Source: Azolla caroliniana (taxonomy: Eukaryota; Plantae; Polypodiophyta). From it: 64,000 nucleotides of DNA. A model generated the notes under the pieces. It was not told the origin of the DNA, searched no databases, and saw only the letters and a program-made list of their open reading frames with translations. This document shows, piece after piece, positions 47,601 to 59,264 of this stretch; position 1 is the first letter of the stretch, and every line of letters starts with the position of its first letter. The stretch is taken from NCBI GenBank assembly GCA_043228905.1, contig JBHGNT010000009.1:13082001-13146000 (forward strand), read 5' to 3'. Both the position numbers and the translations under genes were made by a program.

Positions 47601-50101
47601 CAAGACCCCGAATCGGATTCGGATGAAGAGCAAATGGAGGAGCCAATTACCGAAGCCCGAAGACGGAGATATCCTCTCAAAGAGAGAAGGGCCCCCTGGA
47701 GATTTCCGGATGCAGAGCATGTGCTGCTGACCGATGAGGGGGAGCCAGAAAGCTTCGAAGAAGCGAAGGACGACACCCACAACCGAAAATGGTTAAGTGC
47801 CATGGAGGATGAGATGGATTCCCTGCATGAGAACCATACGTACGAATTGGTGGAGTTGCCGAAAGGAAAGTGGGCACTCCGAAATAAGTGGGTGTACAAG
47901 TTGAAACCGGGAGATGCCGGCAACCCCCCGAGATACAAAGCCAGGATCGTGGTGAAGGGGTTCCAGCAGAAAAAGGGCGTGGACTTTGACGAGATATTTG
48001 CCCCGGTAGTAAAGATGACCTCCATCCGGACGGTGCTAAGTATAGCGGCAAGCATGGACCTTGAGGTCGAATAGCTGGACGTGAAGACAACATTCCTTCA
48101 TTGCGACCTCGAAGAGGAGATCTACATGCAGCAACCGGAAGGATTCGTGGAGAAAGGGAAGGAGCACCTGGTATGCCGGTTGAAGAAGAGCCTCTACGGG
48201 TTGAAGCAGGCCCCCCGGCAATGGTACCGGAAGTTCGACTCCTTCATGACCGATCAAGGGTACCACAAGACGCAGGCCGATCACTGCGTGTTTGTGAAGA
48301 AGTTCGAAGGAGGTGACTTCCTGATACTCCTTCTGTACGTGGACGACATGTTGATCGTCGGACGGGACCAAGTCAAAATACGGATGCTGAAGAAGGCTCT
48401 CAACCGGACCTTCTCAATGAAACACTTGGGTCCGGCAAGACAGATGTTGGGGATGCATATTATACAGAACCGGTCAGTGAAGCAATTATGGCTGTCACAG
48501 GAGAAGTACGTGACAAAGGTGCTTCACCGGTTCAACATGTCGGATGCGAAACCGGTCGGATCGACACTTATGGCAAACTGCAGGTTATCCGGTAAGCAAA
48601 GCCCGAAGACGAAAGCAGAGAAGGTGGATATGATGAAGATTCCATATGCCTCTGCCGTCGGGAGCTTAATGTACACAATGGTGTGTACCCGACCGGATAT
48701 AGGATACGCAGTCGGAGTGGTGAGCCGGTTCATGAGCAATCCCGGGAAGGAGCACTGGAACGCGGTCAAATGGATACTCCGGTATTTGAAGGGCACTTCA
48801 AATATGTGTCTCTGATTCGGCTCCAGAAAACCTCAACTTGACAGTTTCACCGATTCGGACATGTCGGCTGATGTGGATACCAGCCGGTCTACATCTGGGT
48901 ATGTAATGACATATGCAGGGGGAGCTGTTTCGTGGCAGTCGAGGCTGCAGAAGACGGTTGCATTGTCAACCACGGAAGCGGAGTACATGGCGGTTGTGGA
49001 AACCGGCAAGGAAATATTATGGATGAAGGACTTCATCGGAGAGCTCGGTATCTGGCAAGATGAATACCGGCTCTATTGCGACAGTCAAAGTGCCATCCAC
49101 CTTGCTAAGAATGCGGCCTACCATTCCCGGACGAAGCATATCCAGCGAAGATATCACTGGATCCGGGAAAGAGTAGATGACCAGGAGTTCGCACTGACGA
49201 AGATCCACACAGCCGAGAACGGGTCAGATATGCTGACCAAAGTTCTGATACCCGACAAGCTGGATGCATGCCGGAAGAGGATCGGACTACTAAGACACCC
49301 CATGCCGGAGTGAAGGGGGAGTTTGTTGGGAGACAGGTCCCTCCGGATGGGAAGGGGGAAGAACAGACCCGGTGAAGACTGGATGAGGAGTACCCAACTA
49401 CGGAGAGCCGGATGGTGCAGACCCGGTGAAGACCGGATGAGGAGTACCCTGCTACGGAGAGCCGGATGGTGCAGACCCAGTGAAGACCGGATGAGGAGTA
49501 CCCGGCTACGGAGAGCCGGATGGTGCAGACCCAGTGAAGACCGGATGAGGAGTACCCGGCTACGGAGAGCCGGATGGTGCAGACCCAGTGAAGACCGGAT
49601 GAGGAGTACCCGGCTACGGAGAGCTAGACGGTGCAGACCCGGTGAAGAGACATATTCGTAAATATGTTTCTTAGAGTCCATCGAGGCTATATTTGTAAAT
49701 AGCCGAAAAGTCATATTAGTATAAATATGACTTAGGGCAAACTTTTAGAGTGTTGTTGCTGTTGTTGTTATTCTTGTTGGCACAAGGAGAGAGAGAGCGT
49801 GGAATTGTGTACAGAGAGAGAGAGTGAGAAAGAGGTCGTTGCCTCTGTTGTAACCGCCGCCTGTGGCGAAGATAGAAAGCTCGAGGTTGTTGCCTCGGTG
49901 CTTTACTGTTGTACACTGTAGCATAGTGATAGTTTGCAGTCTGTGGGCTGTCGTGGTTTTTCCCTTAGTTTGGGTTTTCCACGTAAACATCCTGTGTACA
50001 CTTCTCCTCTTTGTGTCGTGTTTTATTTCCCGTTTTCTGTGTATGATTCTAAGCTCGGTTGTGACCGAGCGTTGCGTATAAGGAGCGTTTAGTTCCCGTC
50101 A
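44604..50101 (+). mobile_element. Full-length Ty1/copia family A, copy 2 (many nonsense codons)
   Basis: LTRs 44604-45237 and 49324-50101; TSD CCCTT/CCGTT (1 mismatch); PBS 45240-45251; PPT 49312-49321; inserted in the RT of gypsy D. Confidence 0.95.
49363..49648 (+). repeat. 54-bp tandem repeat in the copia A LTR (about 5 units here, about 2 in the 5' LTR)
   Basis: Unit cagacccggtgaagaccggatgaggagtacccggctacggagagccggatggtg. Confidence 0.9.
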
Positions 50102-50989
50102 CCGTTTTTTGGGGCAAATCCGTTGGCACAACCATATGCTCCACTATTTGGCAGATTTCGCAACCCCTCTACACACCGCGGTGCACCGCACACCATTCAG
50201 ATGGACAACAATGGAGGATAAGGCGTACATAGGCGTAAAAGTGATGTTGACACAAGCACCTGTAGTATAGCCTTCAGATTAGTCAAAGCCATTTCATGTA
50301 TTTGTCGATGCCTCCGACATAGCAATCGACAACGCACTTATGAAGCTCACCGAGCCCAGCTGGAACCATCTAATGTACTATTCTAGTCGCAAATTAACAG
50401 ATGTTGAGCATAACTATTCGACAACCGAGCGTGAAGCTCTAGGTATGATTTACATCGTCAATGAGTTCCAGCATTATTTATTAGGGAGGAAATTCACGTT
50501 TCACATGGATCACACCGCATTACTTTACCTAGTCTCTAAACAATCATTAACCAAGAAATTAGCCAGATGGATGCTTCCATTGCAGGAATTTGAATTCGAG
50601 ATCCACCTTCGGCCAGGGACACAACACGTAGTAGCAAATTATCTAAGTAGGATAGGCAATGGCAATGAAGCAATACCTAGGCATCACGATTTGCGACCAG
50701 AATATTGTGTATTGCGACAGCTGGGACAAAAGAAAACAAGAATCTCTCGGATAGGTGGCTGATATAAATGACGTACTTTTTAAGCATGGGGCTGTCACCG
50801 CCATAGCTAAAAACAGATGAAAAGAAGAGGCTTGTGGTTAGGAGCCGGAACTTTTGCCTGGTCGAAGGGGTCTTATACCATAAAGGAAACAATGGCATTT
50901 GGCGGCGAGGTGTACGATAGGACGAGAAGAATGCGGTATTATGGGAAGCTCACTGCGGTACAGTAGGGGGCCACTATGTGGGGGATGTT

Positions 50990-52060
50990 TGTTGTCCGCT
51001 GGAATAGTAACCAACGGACAAAAGCGTAAGAATAAGAAATTATATAAGAGCATAACGCATGTAACGGTTCACGCAGGAAGCGTGAACAGCTAAATAGACC
51101 CTGCATATATAAAGGGCAGAAAACCTCTGATGGAGGTGCGTGTAATTTTGGGGAATGTAAAGAAACGCCTGATAATAGAATTCTATCTTCTCTGATCTCC
51201 TGTGTATAGCTACGGCTAATTCAATGTGTGTCTTGAATACCTAAGCGTTTAAGTACGTAATTGTAACCCTTGATAGGGATTCGGTTGCAGCCATCTCCCC
51301 TTATACGTTGATAGGGTACAGGGATTCTTCCCTTACGCATTACGCTTAAACACTTGTTCGTTGTTCCACACCCACTTTGAGGTCTAGGTCGAAAGACTGA
51401 CCGCAAATCGTGTTCCTAAACGGCAACACTTTTGGCACGCTTAGTGATCTGTGTTTTCTCACAGACGAGCAACAACAAATGGATGTTTAGCCGCAGACGA
51501 CCCAGAGAACTAACACGACAAGACCGTCCAATAACAAGGTCCGTCACACGCCAGGTAGAAGAACGCGCACGACAAAAGTCGCGCCTCAGCGACCTCAGTA
51601 CTACCTGCCGTGAGTGCAAAGGGGATTCTTCGCACCCCAAATACCTCGACGAGACGCGGGGACCACGCTCACCACAGCCACCCTGTGGTCTTTTCCGACC
51701 CGCCGTAGCTCCCACTATGGCCTTTGCCTACCCCCGCTTTAACAGCGAAACCGACGCCACAACTCATATTCGCATGTTCCTGAATGTCTGGAATGCGAAC
51801 CACATGGTGCAGAGCCTCTCCGAGGTGGTGGCACACTAGTCGAAAATGACGGAGTTCGAATTAACATTAGATGGGCGTGCGGCGTTTTGGCATTCACAGA
51901 TGGATTTACCAGCCATAACAACCTTCGATCAGCTGCAGTCCGCTTTCTTGCGGTTCTTCCATCGAAGGGTTCCACAACGCGAGATTCTCGGGCAATTTTA
52001 CACAATTAAGCAACTATCAACCAAGACGATAGCAGACTTCAGCTTACGTTTCCAAAATTT
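50990..52060 (+). mobile_element. Second family-D-like gypsy (LTR, PBS, gag 5' part) nested in the integrase of D; truncated
   Basis: LTR 50990-51428 (TGTTGTC...GGCAACA); PBS TGGCACGC; gag MAFAYPRFNS...FLNVWN similar to 36105-36440. Confidence 0.85.
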
Positions 52061-53282
52061 ACCGATACGTTAGAAAGCTTACCGATTCTTTCTCCGGGAC
52101 GGATACTTATGGAAGCACCCAAAGAAGAGGGACGGCGTCCCGCTCCGGGTGGTGGCGATGAAAGAAGAACAGGAGGAGCTGCTGACGGCCTACCACGACA
52201 GCCCTTGGGCCAGACACCGTGGAACCTGGGCCACGTTCGAGAATATAAAGGGGAAGTACTGGTGGCCGGGACTGTACCGGGACGTGCATCGATTCATGAC
52301 AACTTGCGAGAGCTGTCAGATGCACTCCATAGTCCGACACCGGGACGAACTTCACCCTACGTACCCTCCGACCATCCACTTCAAATGGATGGTAGACCTG
52401 GTAACGATGCCGATGGGAGTAGGACAGATGCGGTATTTGGTCCTGGCTCGGGAAGATCTGACGAACCAGGTGGAAGGCCGGGCCCTTCAGAACAAAACGA
52501 CTGCAGCCGTATGTCGGTTCCTGCTCGAGGACGTAATATGCCGGTACGTGTGCGTCAGGAAGATCGTGGCTGATCGCGGGGAGTTGGACGCCGAAGAGGC
52601 CGAGGAGCTGTTCGACCGGTTAGGGGTCAAGCTCTCGCTTACCACTGCGTACAATCCGGAGGCAAATGGGAAGGTGGAGCGCGGACACGGACCGATCGTC
52701 AAGGCGTTAGTTCGGGCATGCGGAGGGCAAGTCGGGAACTGGCCACGGCTGCTGCCTTACGCGTTGTGGGCTGACCAAACTACACACAGTTCGGTAACCG
52801 GATTCATGCCGGCAGAGCTCATGTTTGGGCAGAAGCCGGTCATGCCGATCTAACGTACGATCTCCTCATGGGCAACCGTGGACTGGAGAGACGAGATGAG
52901 CCGGGAGGAACTGTTGGCGGCGCGCATACGACGGGTCGAGCGAAGACCGGAGGACGTGGAGCAGGCTGCGGAAAAGCTTCGGGAAGCAAGGATGAGGAAC
53001 AAAGCCCGGTTCGACCGAACGCACCGGCTCCGACCGAAGAAGATCGAGGAAGGTGACTGGGTGCTAGTCTACGACAGCAGCCTTGACAACCAGCACCGAG
53101 CGACACGGAAGTTCGCAAGAAGGTGGTTCGGGCCTTACGTGGTACAAAGCGCCAACGACAACGGGACGTACCATCTGGCGGAACTCGACGGTACGAGAAT
53201 GGCGATACAGGTAGCGGGGAAGCAGATCAAAGCGTTCAAGAAGCGTCACGACGACGAGCCGGATCCGGTTGACCTGGACCGC

Positions 53283-56200
53283 TGTCGCGAAGATTCGCGC
53301 GTGCGTGTGCTACTCGAGCGACCACCGGGGTCTTGGACTGGGGAGGATGATCGCGGAATTATCGATGCTAGATGACGATCAATGTAAGATTAAATGAAAA
53401 TGGTTTACTTGAGAAGAAGAAGAAATTGTACACTTGAGAAGTAGAAAATAATGAAGAAGATAAAGACAAATATAATTATATTGATGATAATGGTGTTGGT
53501 GATATCACATATTGAGCCCCCCTTACACAAGCCCAACTAGAGGCTTTTATAGGTCTTTCCATGCTCGTGACATGCACATAACCATGGGCTAAAACCATGG
53601 TTTTGTGCACACGGTTTTGCTTATGTCATGCACAAACCATGGGTTAAAAACCATGGTTTTGTGCACATGGTTTTCTATGGTTGTTTCGTCTATAATTTGT
53701 ATATGAAAAGGAAATACATAAAATCTACACTATATGATAGTTGTCCTAGTGGTAAGGCAATTATCTTGTATGTTAGAGGTGCAAGGTTCAATCCTTGCTT
53801 GCACCCCTCTGTATGAACTCAAGTGCCACTAGGCTAGGTTTATTTGCTAAGTGCATGTGCAATGTTGCACATCCTTGGTTTATTCGTCTCACTCGGTTTC
53901 ACACCGTAGCCGAAAATCGTCACGACATCCACCCCCACCAAACCCGCACATCCTCCGGTATGTGCCAAGAAAGGTGAAGAGGTGAGATCTTTGGCAACGG
54001 TGATCAACCGAGTTCCTCTACACGCTCGTCGACTTCATCTTCCACTTCGAGTATGCGCAATCTTTCCAACCGAACCACCGTAGCCACCCGATCCACCATA
54101 TCCGGCGCTCACACCTTCTTCCCCGATCGGTTGTAGTAGATCTACCGAACGATGTCGTCGATACGACCGCTCTTCCTTCGTCCACCGCACGTGTCCTTCG
54201 ATTGGACTCCTGGCCACTCCTCACGCTCACCGTCTTCAACTGGGTATTGTAGATCGTTCGTGTCGATCTCCGATTAGGCCGGGTTTGCCCTTGTCCGGAT
54301 AGGTCTCCACCGATCGCTTCTTGGCTTGGTTGGCCTTCGTCTGCATTCACATTTCCCCGAGTCGGGCTCGACCGATTGATTTTGGCTGGGTTGGCCCCCT
54401 TTTGGATCGGAATCGTCCGATCGATTTTCGCCGAATCAGGTTTCGGCCGGGTCGGCCCCGGTCGATCGGCTCCCATGTGGATCTTCCTTCGTTCGGGTCG
54501 GAATCCCGGCCGGATCGTCTTCCGGTTCAACCGGTTCTCGACTCTTCCTTCCTTCCCGCATGCAACCTCTCCATCGAACTCAACCGCAACTTCATCCTTG
54601 GCCTGCTCGTCGGCCATATCCTTCCCTCTGTGTATGCTCGCCGTGAGCCATATTGTCTCCTCTTCGCCACCTCCTTTATCTTCGGTCTTATGCCGACACA
54701 CGGTCTTGACTGCCGAAGTCTCCGCAACCGGTGTGAAGGAATCCCTTCGCTCATGCACATTTACCTTGTCTTCTTCATCGCCCTTCCGGTCGTCCTCTTT
54801 TTTGTCCACACATTCCGTCTCTCCGGTCTCACGTTGGCGCACGTGCACAACCGCCGAAGTCTCTAGATTAGGTGTGGGGATATCCTTTCTTCCTCGATCT
54901 TCTTCCTCCTTGTGTTGGGCCTTCGTCTTCCCGTCACCACCTTCCATCTCTCCGGTCTCACGTTGGCACATGGGCGCAACCGCCGAAGTCTCTGGAACAA
55001 GCGTGAAGAAAGTGTCGACATGGCTATCCGTCGTCGACTCATCCATAGCCACCTCCGACTCGATGTCGTTTGTCATGGCTACCTCCTCAATCTCTTCAGA
55101 CTCAAACACTTTTTCTCCCTCGATCATGCAAGCTTTTCTCATGCTTGCGCCGTCATCACCCGATGTTTCGTACACAATGCGTGTCCCGAAACATTTATCC
55201 TCCCTCGAAGTGGCGTTCGCCGTCCTCGAGTCATCGGCCTCCTCCTTCGCCGTCGTTTCTTTGTAAGACAAGAAGGTGACTTGTTTCACACCTTCTCTCT
55301 CGGTACCGTCATACCGAACCAGAGCCTTTGTATCGGCCACTTCATTAACCCGCATTTGTTGGGAGGTCTCTTCTTCCTCGATCACTATTCGCCTCGGTTT
55401 TGTCTCCCTTTTAAGCTTCATTTCTTTTGTTGGTGGCGCGTTGTTGCATCTCGTCCCTCTTCGATCGTCCCTCATGGGCCGTCTTGTTGTCGCCGATATT
55501 CTCGCTTGCCCCTTATCGTGTAGTCGGCATACACTTTCCACTTTGCTCCAATCCTCGATGAGGCCATTTGCACCATCATCTTCTTCGAGTTTGAGGCCGA
55601 TCGCCATCCTTTCCATTCGATCGATTGACTTCACGAACATAAGGACCTTATCGACCCCCACCAATCTTTGTTCCCGCTCCGACAATTGAGAAAAATGATG
55701 CTCGAAGTCTACGAATGCTTGTGTCGCACCTTGGTGGGTCTTCGCTGATGTCACCCATTGGTCGAACTTGCGTCGATCTCGTCCCTTCAGTCTCTCATAG
55801 CCATATTCCTCCAATAGAGCCTTCTCGAAAGTCGCCCACGAATCATGAGCTTCTAGAAGCTCTTCTACATCTTTGAAGATCAGTTGAGACACCACCCGAC
55901 AAAAGTACTCCAGCCTCATAGCTTTGTCCACACCTCTTGAATCCATCTCCGCATTGTAGACTTTTAGGAAACTTTGGACTTCGGCACCGTTGAAATAGCT
56001 CATTCGTTCGACTACTTTGTCGACGGCTTGTTGGGCTTCATTTCTTCTTTTCTCTTCTCTCAGAAACTCCATCATCCTTCTTGACATTGCCTCCATGAGA
56101 TATTCGCCATCCATCTTTGTCCTCCCCTACTGCTCTTCACGTCGGGTTCACCAAATGATGTCGCGAAGATTCGCGCGTGCGTGTGCTACTCGAGCGACCA

Positions 56201-56803
56201 CCGGGGTCTTGGACTGGGGAGGATGATCGCGGAATTATCGATGCTAGATGACGATCAATGTAAGATTAAATGAAAATGGTTTACTTGAGAAGAAGAAGAA
56301 ATTGTACACTTGAGAAGTAGAAAATAATGAAGAAGATAAAGACAAATATAATTATATTGATGATAATGGTGTTGGTGATATCACATATTGAGCCCCCCTT
56401 ACACAAGCCCAACTAGAGGCTTTTATAGGTCTTTCCATGCTCGTGACATGCACATAACCATGGGCTAAAACCATGGTTTTGTGCACACGGTTTTGCTTAT
56501 GTCATGCACAAACCATGGGTTAAAAACCATGGTTTTGTGCACATGGTTTTCTATGGTTGTTTCGTCTATAATTTGTATATGAAAAGGAAATACATAAAAT
56601 CTACACTATATGATAGTTGTCCTAGTGGTAAGGCAATTATCTTGTATGTTAGAGGTGCAAGGTTCAATCCTTGCTTGCACCCCTCTGTATGAACTCAAGT
56701 GCCACTAGGCTAGGTTTATTTGCTAAGTGCATGTGCAATGTTGCACATCCTTGGTTTATTCGTCTCACTCGGTTTCACACCGTAGCCGAAAATCGTCACG
56801 ACA
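53283..56803 (-). mobile_element. Non-autonomous gag-only LTR element (TR-GAG-like), 3.5 kb
   Basis: 645-bp LTRs at 53283-53927 and 56159-56803 with no difference seen; 4-bp TSD CCGC; tRNA-Trp PBS 56136-56153; PPT 53928-53942; no PR/RT/INT. Confidence 0.92.
54018..56114 (-). CDS. gag: Gag-like protein with a long acidic, repeat-containing C-terminal tail
   Basis: 698-aa ORF whose first about 200 aa align with the gag at 3358-4545 (AEM, LLEEYG, VLMFVKSID, DGANGLIEDW); three ETSAV repeats. Confidence 0.8.
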   Translation of the reverse strand: MDGEYLMEAMSRRMMEFLREEKRRNEAQQAVDKVVERMSYFNGAEVQSFLKVYNAEMDSRGVDKAMRLEYFCRVVSQLIFKDVEELLEAHDSWATFEKALLEEYGYERLKGRDRRKFDQWVTSAKTHQGATQAFVDFEHHFSQLSEREQRLVGVDKVLMFVKSIDRMERMAIGLKLEEDDGANGLIEDWSKVESVCRLHDKGQARISATTRRPMRDDRRGTRCNNAPPTKEMKLKRETKPRRIVIEEEETSQQMRVNEVADTKALVRYDGTEREGVKQVTFLSYKETTAKEEADDSRTANATSREDKCFGTRIVYETSGDDGASMRKACMIEGEKVFESEEIEEVAMTNDIESEVAMDESTTDSHVDTFFTLVPETSAVAPMCQRETGEMEGGDGKTKAQHKEEEDRGRKDIPTPNLETSAVVHVRQRETGETECVDKKEDDRKGDEEDKVNVHERRDSFTPVAETSAVKTVCRHKTEDKGGGEEETIWLTASIHRGKDMADEQAKDEVAVEFDGEVACGKEGRVENRLNRKTIRPGFRPERRKIHMGADRPGPTRPKPDSAKIDRTIPIQKGANPAKINRSSPTRGNVNADEGQPSQEAIGGDLSGQGQTRPNRRSTRTIYNTQLKTVSVRSGQESNRRTRAVDEGRAVVSTTSFGRSTTTDRGRRCERRIWWIGWLRWFGWKDCAYSKWKMKSTSV

Positions 56804-57549
56804 CCGCGACGACGAACGATCCAAAACCGAGGAAGAACCGACGAGCGGGGAATGAAGGCTGGACCGGTTTTCTCTGTTCCAACTCAATTTGGCGCATGCC
56901 GGTGGATGCGCGGTTAGGTGGGGGCGGATGTCGTGAAGAAACCCGTCCACAAGCGGAATCGGTGCACAGGAGCGTAGGAACCGGCTCTTCTCGAATGTTG
57001 TCCATAGAAGATCCTAGGCAGGTAGATTTAGTGGGTAGGAAGTAAAGGGGAAACGGCTCCTTCCTTGCCTATAAAAGGAGGGAGACGCGAAGGGGGAGGG
57101 CATCGCGGAGAGTCGAGGATGAAGTGCTGTCGGTTTAGGTGCGAAGGCTTCTCTCTCTCTCTCTCTCTCTCTGGTTCGCAAGCTCCATAGCTTCCCTCTG
57201 TGCAGGTTTCGGGAGGCTCGCGCTGCTCTGAGGAATGCCCGAGTGCTTCCGGCAGCACCTCCAACCTACTCCTTCCTTTCTGTGTGTTTACGAACAGGTA
57301 TCGGCATCTGTTCACCGGCCTGTTCGGTTGTAATCGACTTCGCGTTTTGTCGTTTGCTTTTTTTTAGTACATACATACATTCGTGTCTCTCTGTGTCGTT
57401 GTCCCACTCGCGTCTTTGTGTCGAAGGGCCGTGTCCCTGTGAATCTACTCTCGCACATAGTGGGTCTCTTCTCCTTTCTCTCTTGCTCTTCGGTACAGGA
57501 CCCCCGAGGTCCCGCCTCATTCCACGCATCCGCGAGGAATACCTCGACA

Positions 57550-58520
57550 CCGGTCCCAGATAATGTGCATTCCCAATATCTGTCTTGATGGACCCAAGTC
57601 TTTCATTGAGAAGGTCTGGTTCAGAGCCTTCTTCAACATTCGAATCTTTCCTTGGTCTCGTCCGACAATCAGCATATCATCCACATATAGGAGAAGTATC
57701 AGGAAATCTCCTCCATCAAATTTCTTCACAAACATGCAGTGATCGGCCTATGTCTTGTGGTACCCTTGGTCAGTCATGAAGGAGTCGAACTTCCGGTACC
57801 ATTGCCGAGGAGCTTGCATTAGTCCGTATAAGCTCTTCTTCAACCAGCACCTCAGGTGCTCCTTCCCTTTCTTCTCAAATCCTTCTGGTTGATGCATGTA
57901 GATCTCTTCTTCGAGGTTGCCATGTAGGAATGCCATATTGACGTCCAGTTGCTCTACCTCAAAGTCCATGCTTGCCGCTATGCTCAATACCGTCCGGATG
58001 GATGCCATCTTAACTACCGGGGCAAAAATCTCATCGAAGTCCACTCCCTTCTTCTGTTGGACACCCTTCACTACAATTCGGGCTTTGTATCTCAGCAGGT
58101 TTCCAGCATCTCCAGATTTTAGATTGTAAACCCACTTGTTCTGGAGTGCTCTTTTCCCTTTCGGCAACTCCGTTAGTTCATATGTGTGGTTCTCATGCAG
58201 GGAATCCATCTCATCCTACATGGCACTCGACAACTTGCGGTTGTGGGTGTCTCTCTTTGCTTCTTCGAAGCTTTCCGACTCCCCCTCATCGGTTAGCAAC
58301 ACATGCTCTGCATCAGGAAATCTCCGGGGGGGCTCTTCTCTCTCACAGAGGATATCTTCTAGCCACCGGTTCCTCCGTTTGTTCCGAATCCGAATCCGAT
58401 TCGGGATCTTGTCTAGTTCCGGTGTCTTCTTCTTCTTCATCATCATCTTCGGTTGGTTTGGCTTCTTGTCTGTATCCGGCCGGTTCGTCGAGTGTCATCC
58501 GGTTACCGGCTAACATCTGA
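57550..58520 (-). mobile_element. Copia fragment (family A/F-like INT-RT linker and RT)
   Basis: MDSLHENHTYEL, FAPVVKM, LLLYVDDM; cut by the gypsy LTR at 57549. Confidence 0.9.
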
Positions 58521-58559
58521 TTTTCAACCAAGTAGGTCCTTGTGTCCTCAAGCCGGTTT

Positions 58560-58750
58560 TCATTGGACGCTTCTGTCCTGGATTCGACATGTACCGGCGG
58601 ACCACCCCTACGGCATAGGCTAGGTCAGGTCGGGTCGCTACCATTGCGTACATGATACTTCCTACGGCTGATGCATAGGGCATCTTTCCATTAAGCTCTC
58701 TCTCCTTGTCCGTTGAAGGAGCATCTCTGTCCGATAGTCGGATCGACGTT
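58560..58750 (-). mobile_element. Short fragment of another copia RT C-terminus
   Basis: Hand translation MPYASAVGSIMYAMVATRPDLAYAVGVV. Confidence 0.75.
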
Positions 58751-59264
58751 GAACACCCTTGGGAGGGGGTGGAGCCATTCTAGGCACCACCCTCCACCCC
58801 GCAATGCTTATGAATATCTCATCATCAACCCCCCAACGTTAATCATCACACCCATCATTTCCATCATCATCACTTTCATCATCATCAACACTAATCCTAA
58901 CCCTACAACATTATTCTAATGGATGTTCGGTGGTAATGTAAGATGTCTCTTTAGCTCTAACTCTCTCTTTGTGAAACTATCTACCTCTGTGTTTGTCTCT
59001 GTATATATATCTTCTTGACAAGAACAGAGAATTAGACCTTCATCCAACACTCATTAGCTTGTTAACTCCACACATAGAATCCTCATACACTTCCGCATTA
59101 ATCGGCCGTCATCTCAACAACTAACAAAGACACTCACAGTGTCCACAGTAGTGCATAGGTAGTTGAAGTAAAACACAATTGTCCATCTCTATCGTTCATG
59201 TTTGTTTGATAACTAGTTCAATGAGTTGTAATGTGAGACACTCGACAAGCTCATTCATGTTCCT

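Larger units (their letters stand above)
35285..50989 (+). mobile_element. Degenerate Ty3/gypsy element family D (non-chromovirus), host to copia F and copia A2; 3' end lost
   Basis: LTR 35285-35772 (TGTTG...TAACA); Arg-like PBS TGGCAC near 35777; gag (YPRFSG), knuckle CFDCQQLGHYATQC, PR, RT 43992-44603 (LDGFSGYNQ, FLDDF), RH 50102-50700, INT zinc finger near 50950. Confidence 0.85.
52072..57549 (+). mobile_element. 3' half of a second Trp-primed gypsy element (integrase, PPT, 3' LTR 56929-57549)
   Basis: Integrase 52149-53282 (HHCC, MVDL, ADRG, KVERGH, GPY); close match to the reverse complement of 1-190; LTR homologous to 4589-4969. Confidence 0.9.

Noticed and set aside
49154-49714. Repetitive ORFs (GLHHPALRSRVLLIRSS)n
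   Set aside because: By-product of the 54-bp LTR repeat being a multiple of 3.
53736-53810. Functional tRNA gene
   Set aside because: The acceptor and anticodon stems do not pair properly; only box A/B-like motifs remain.
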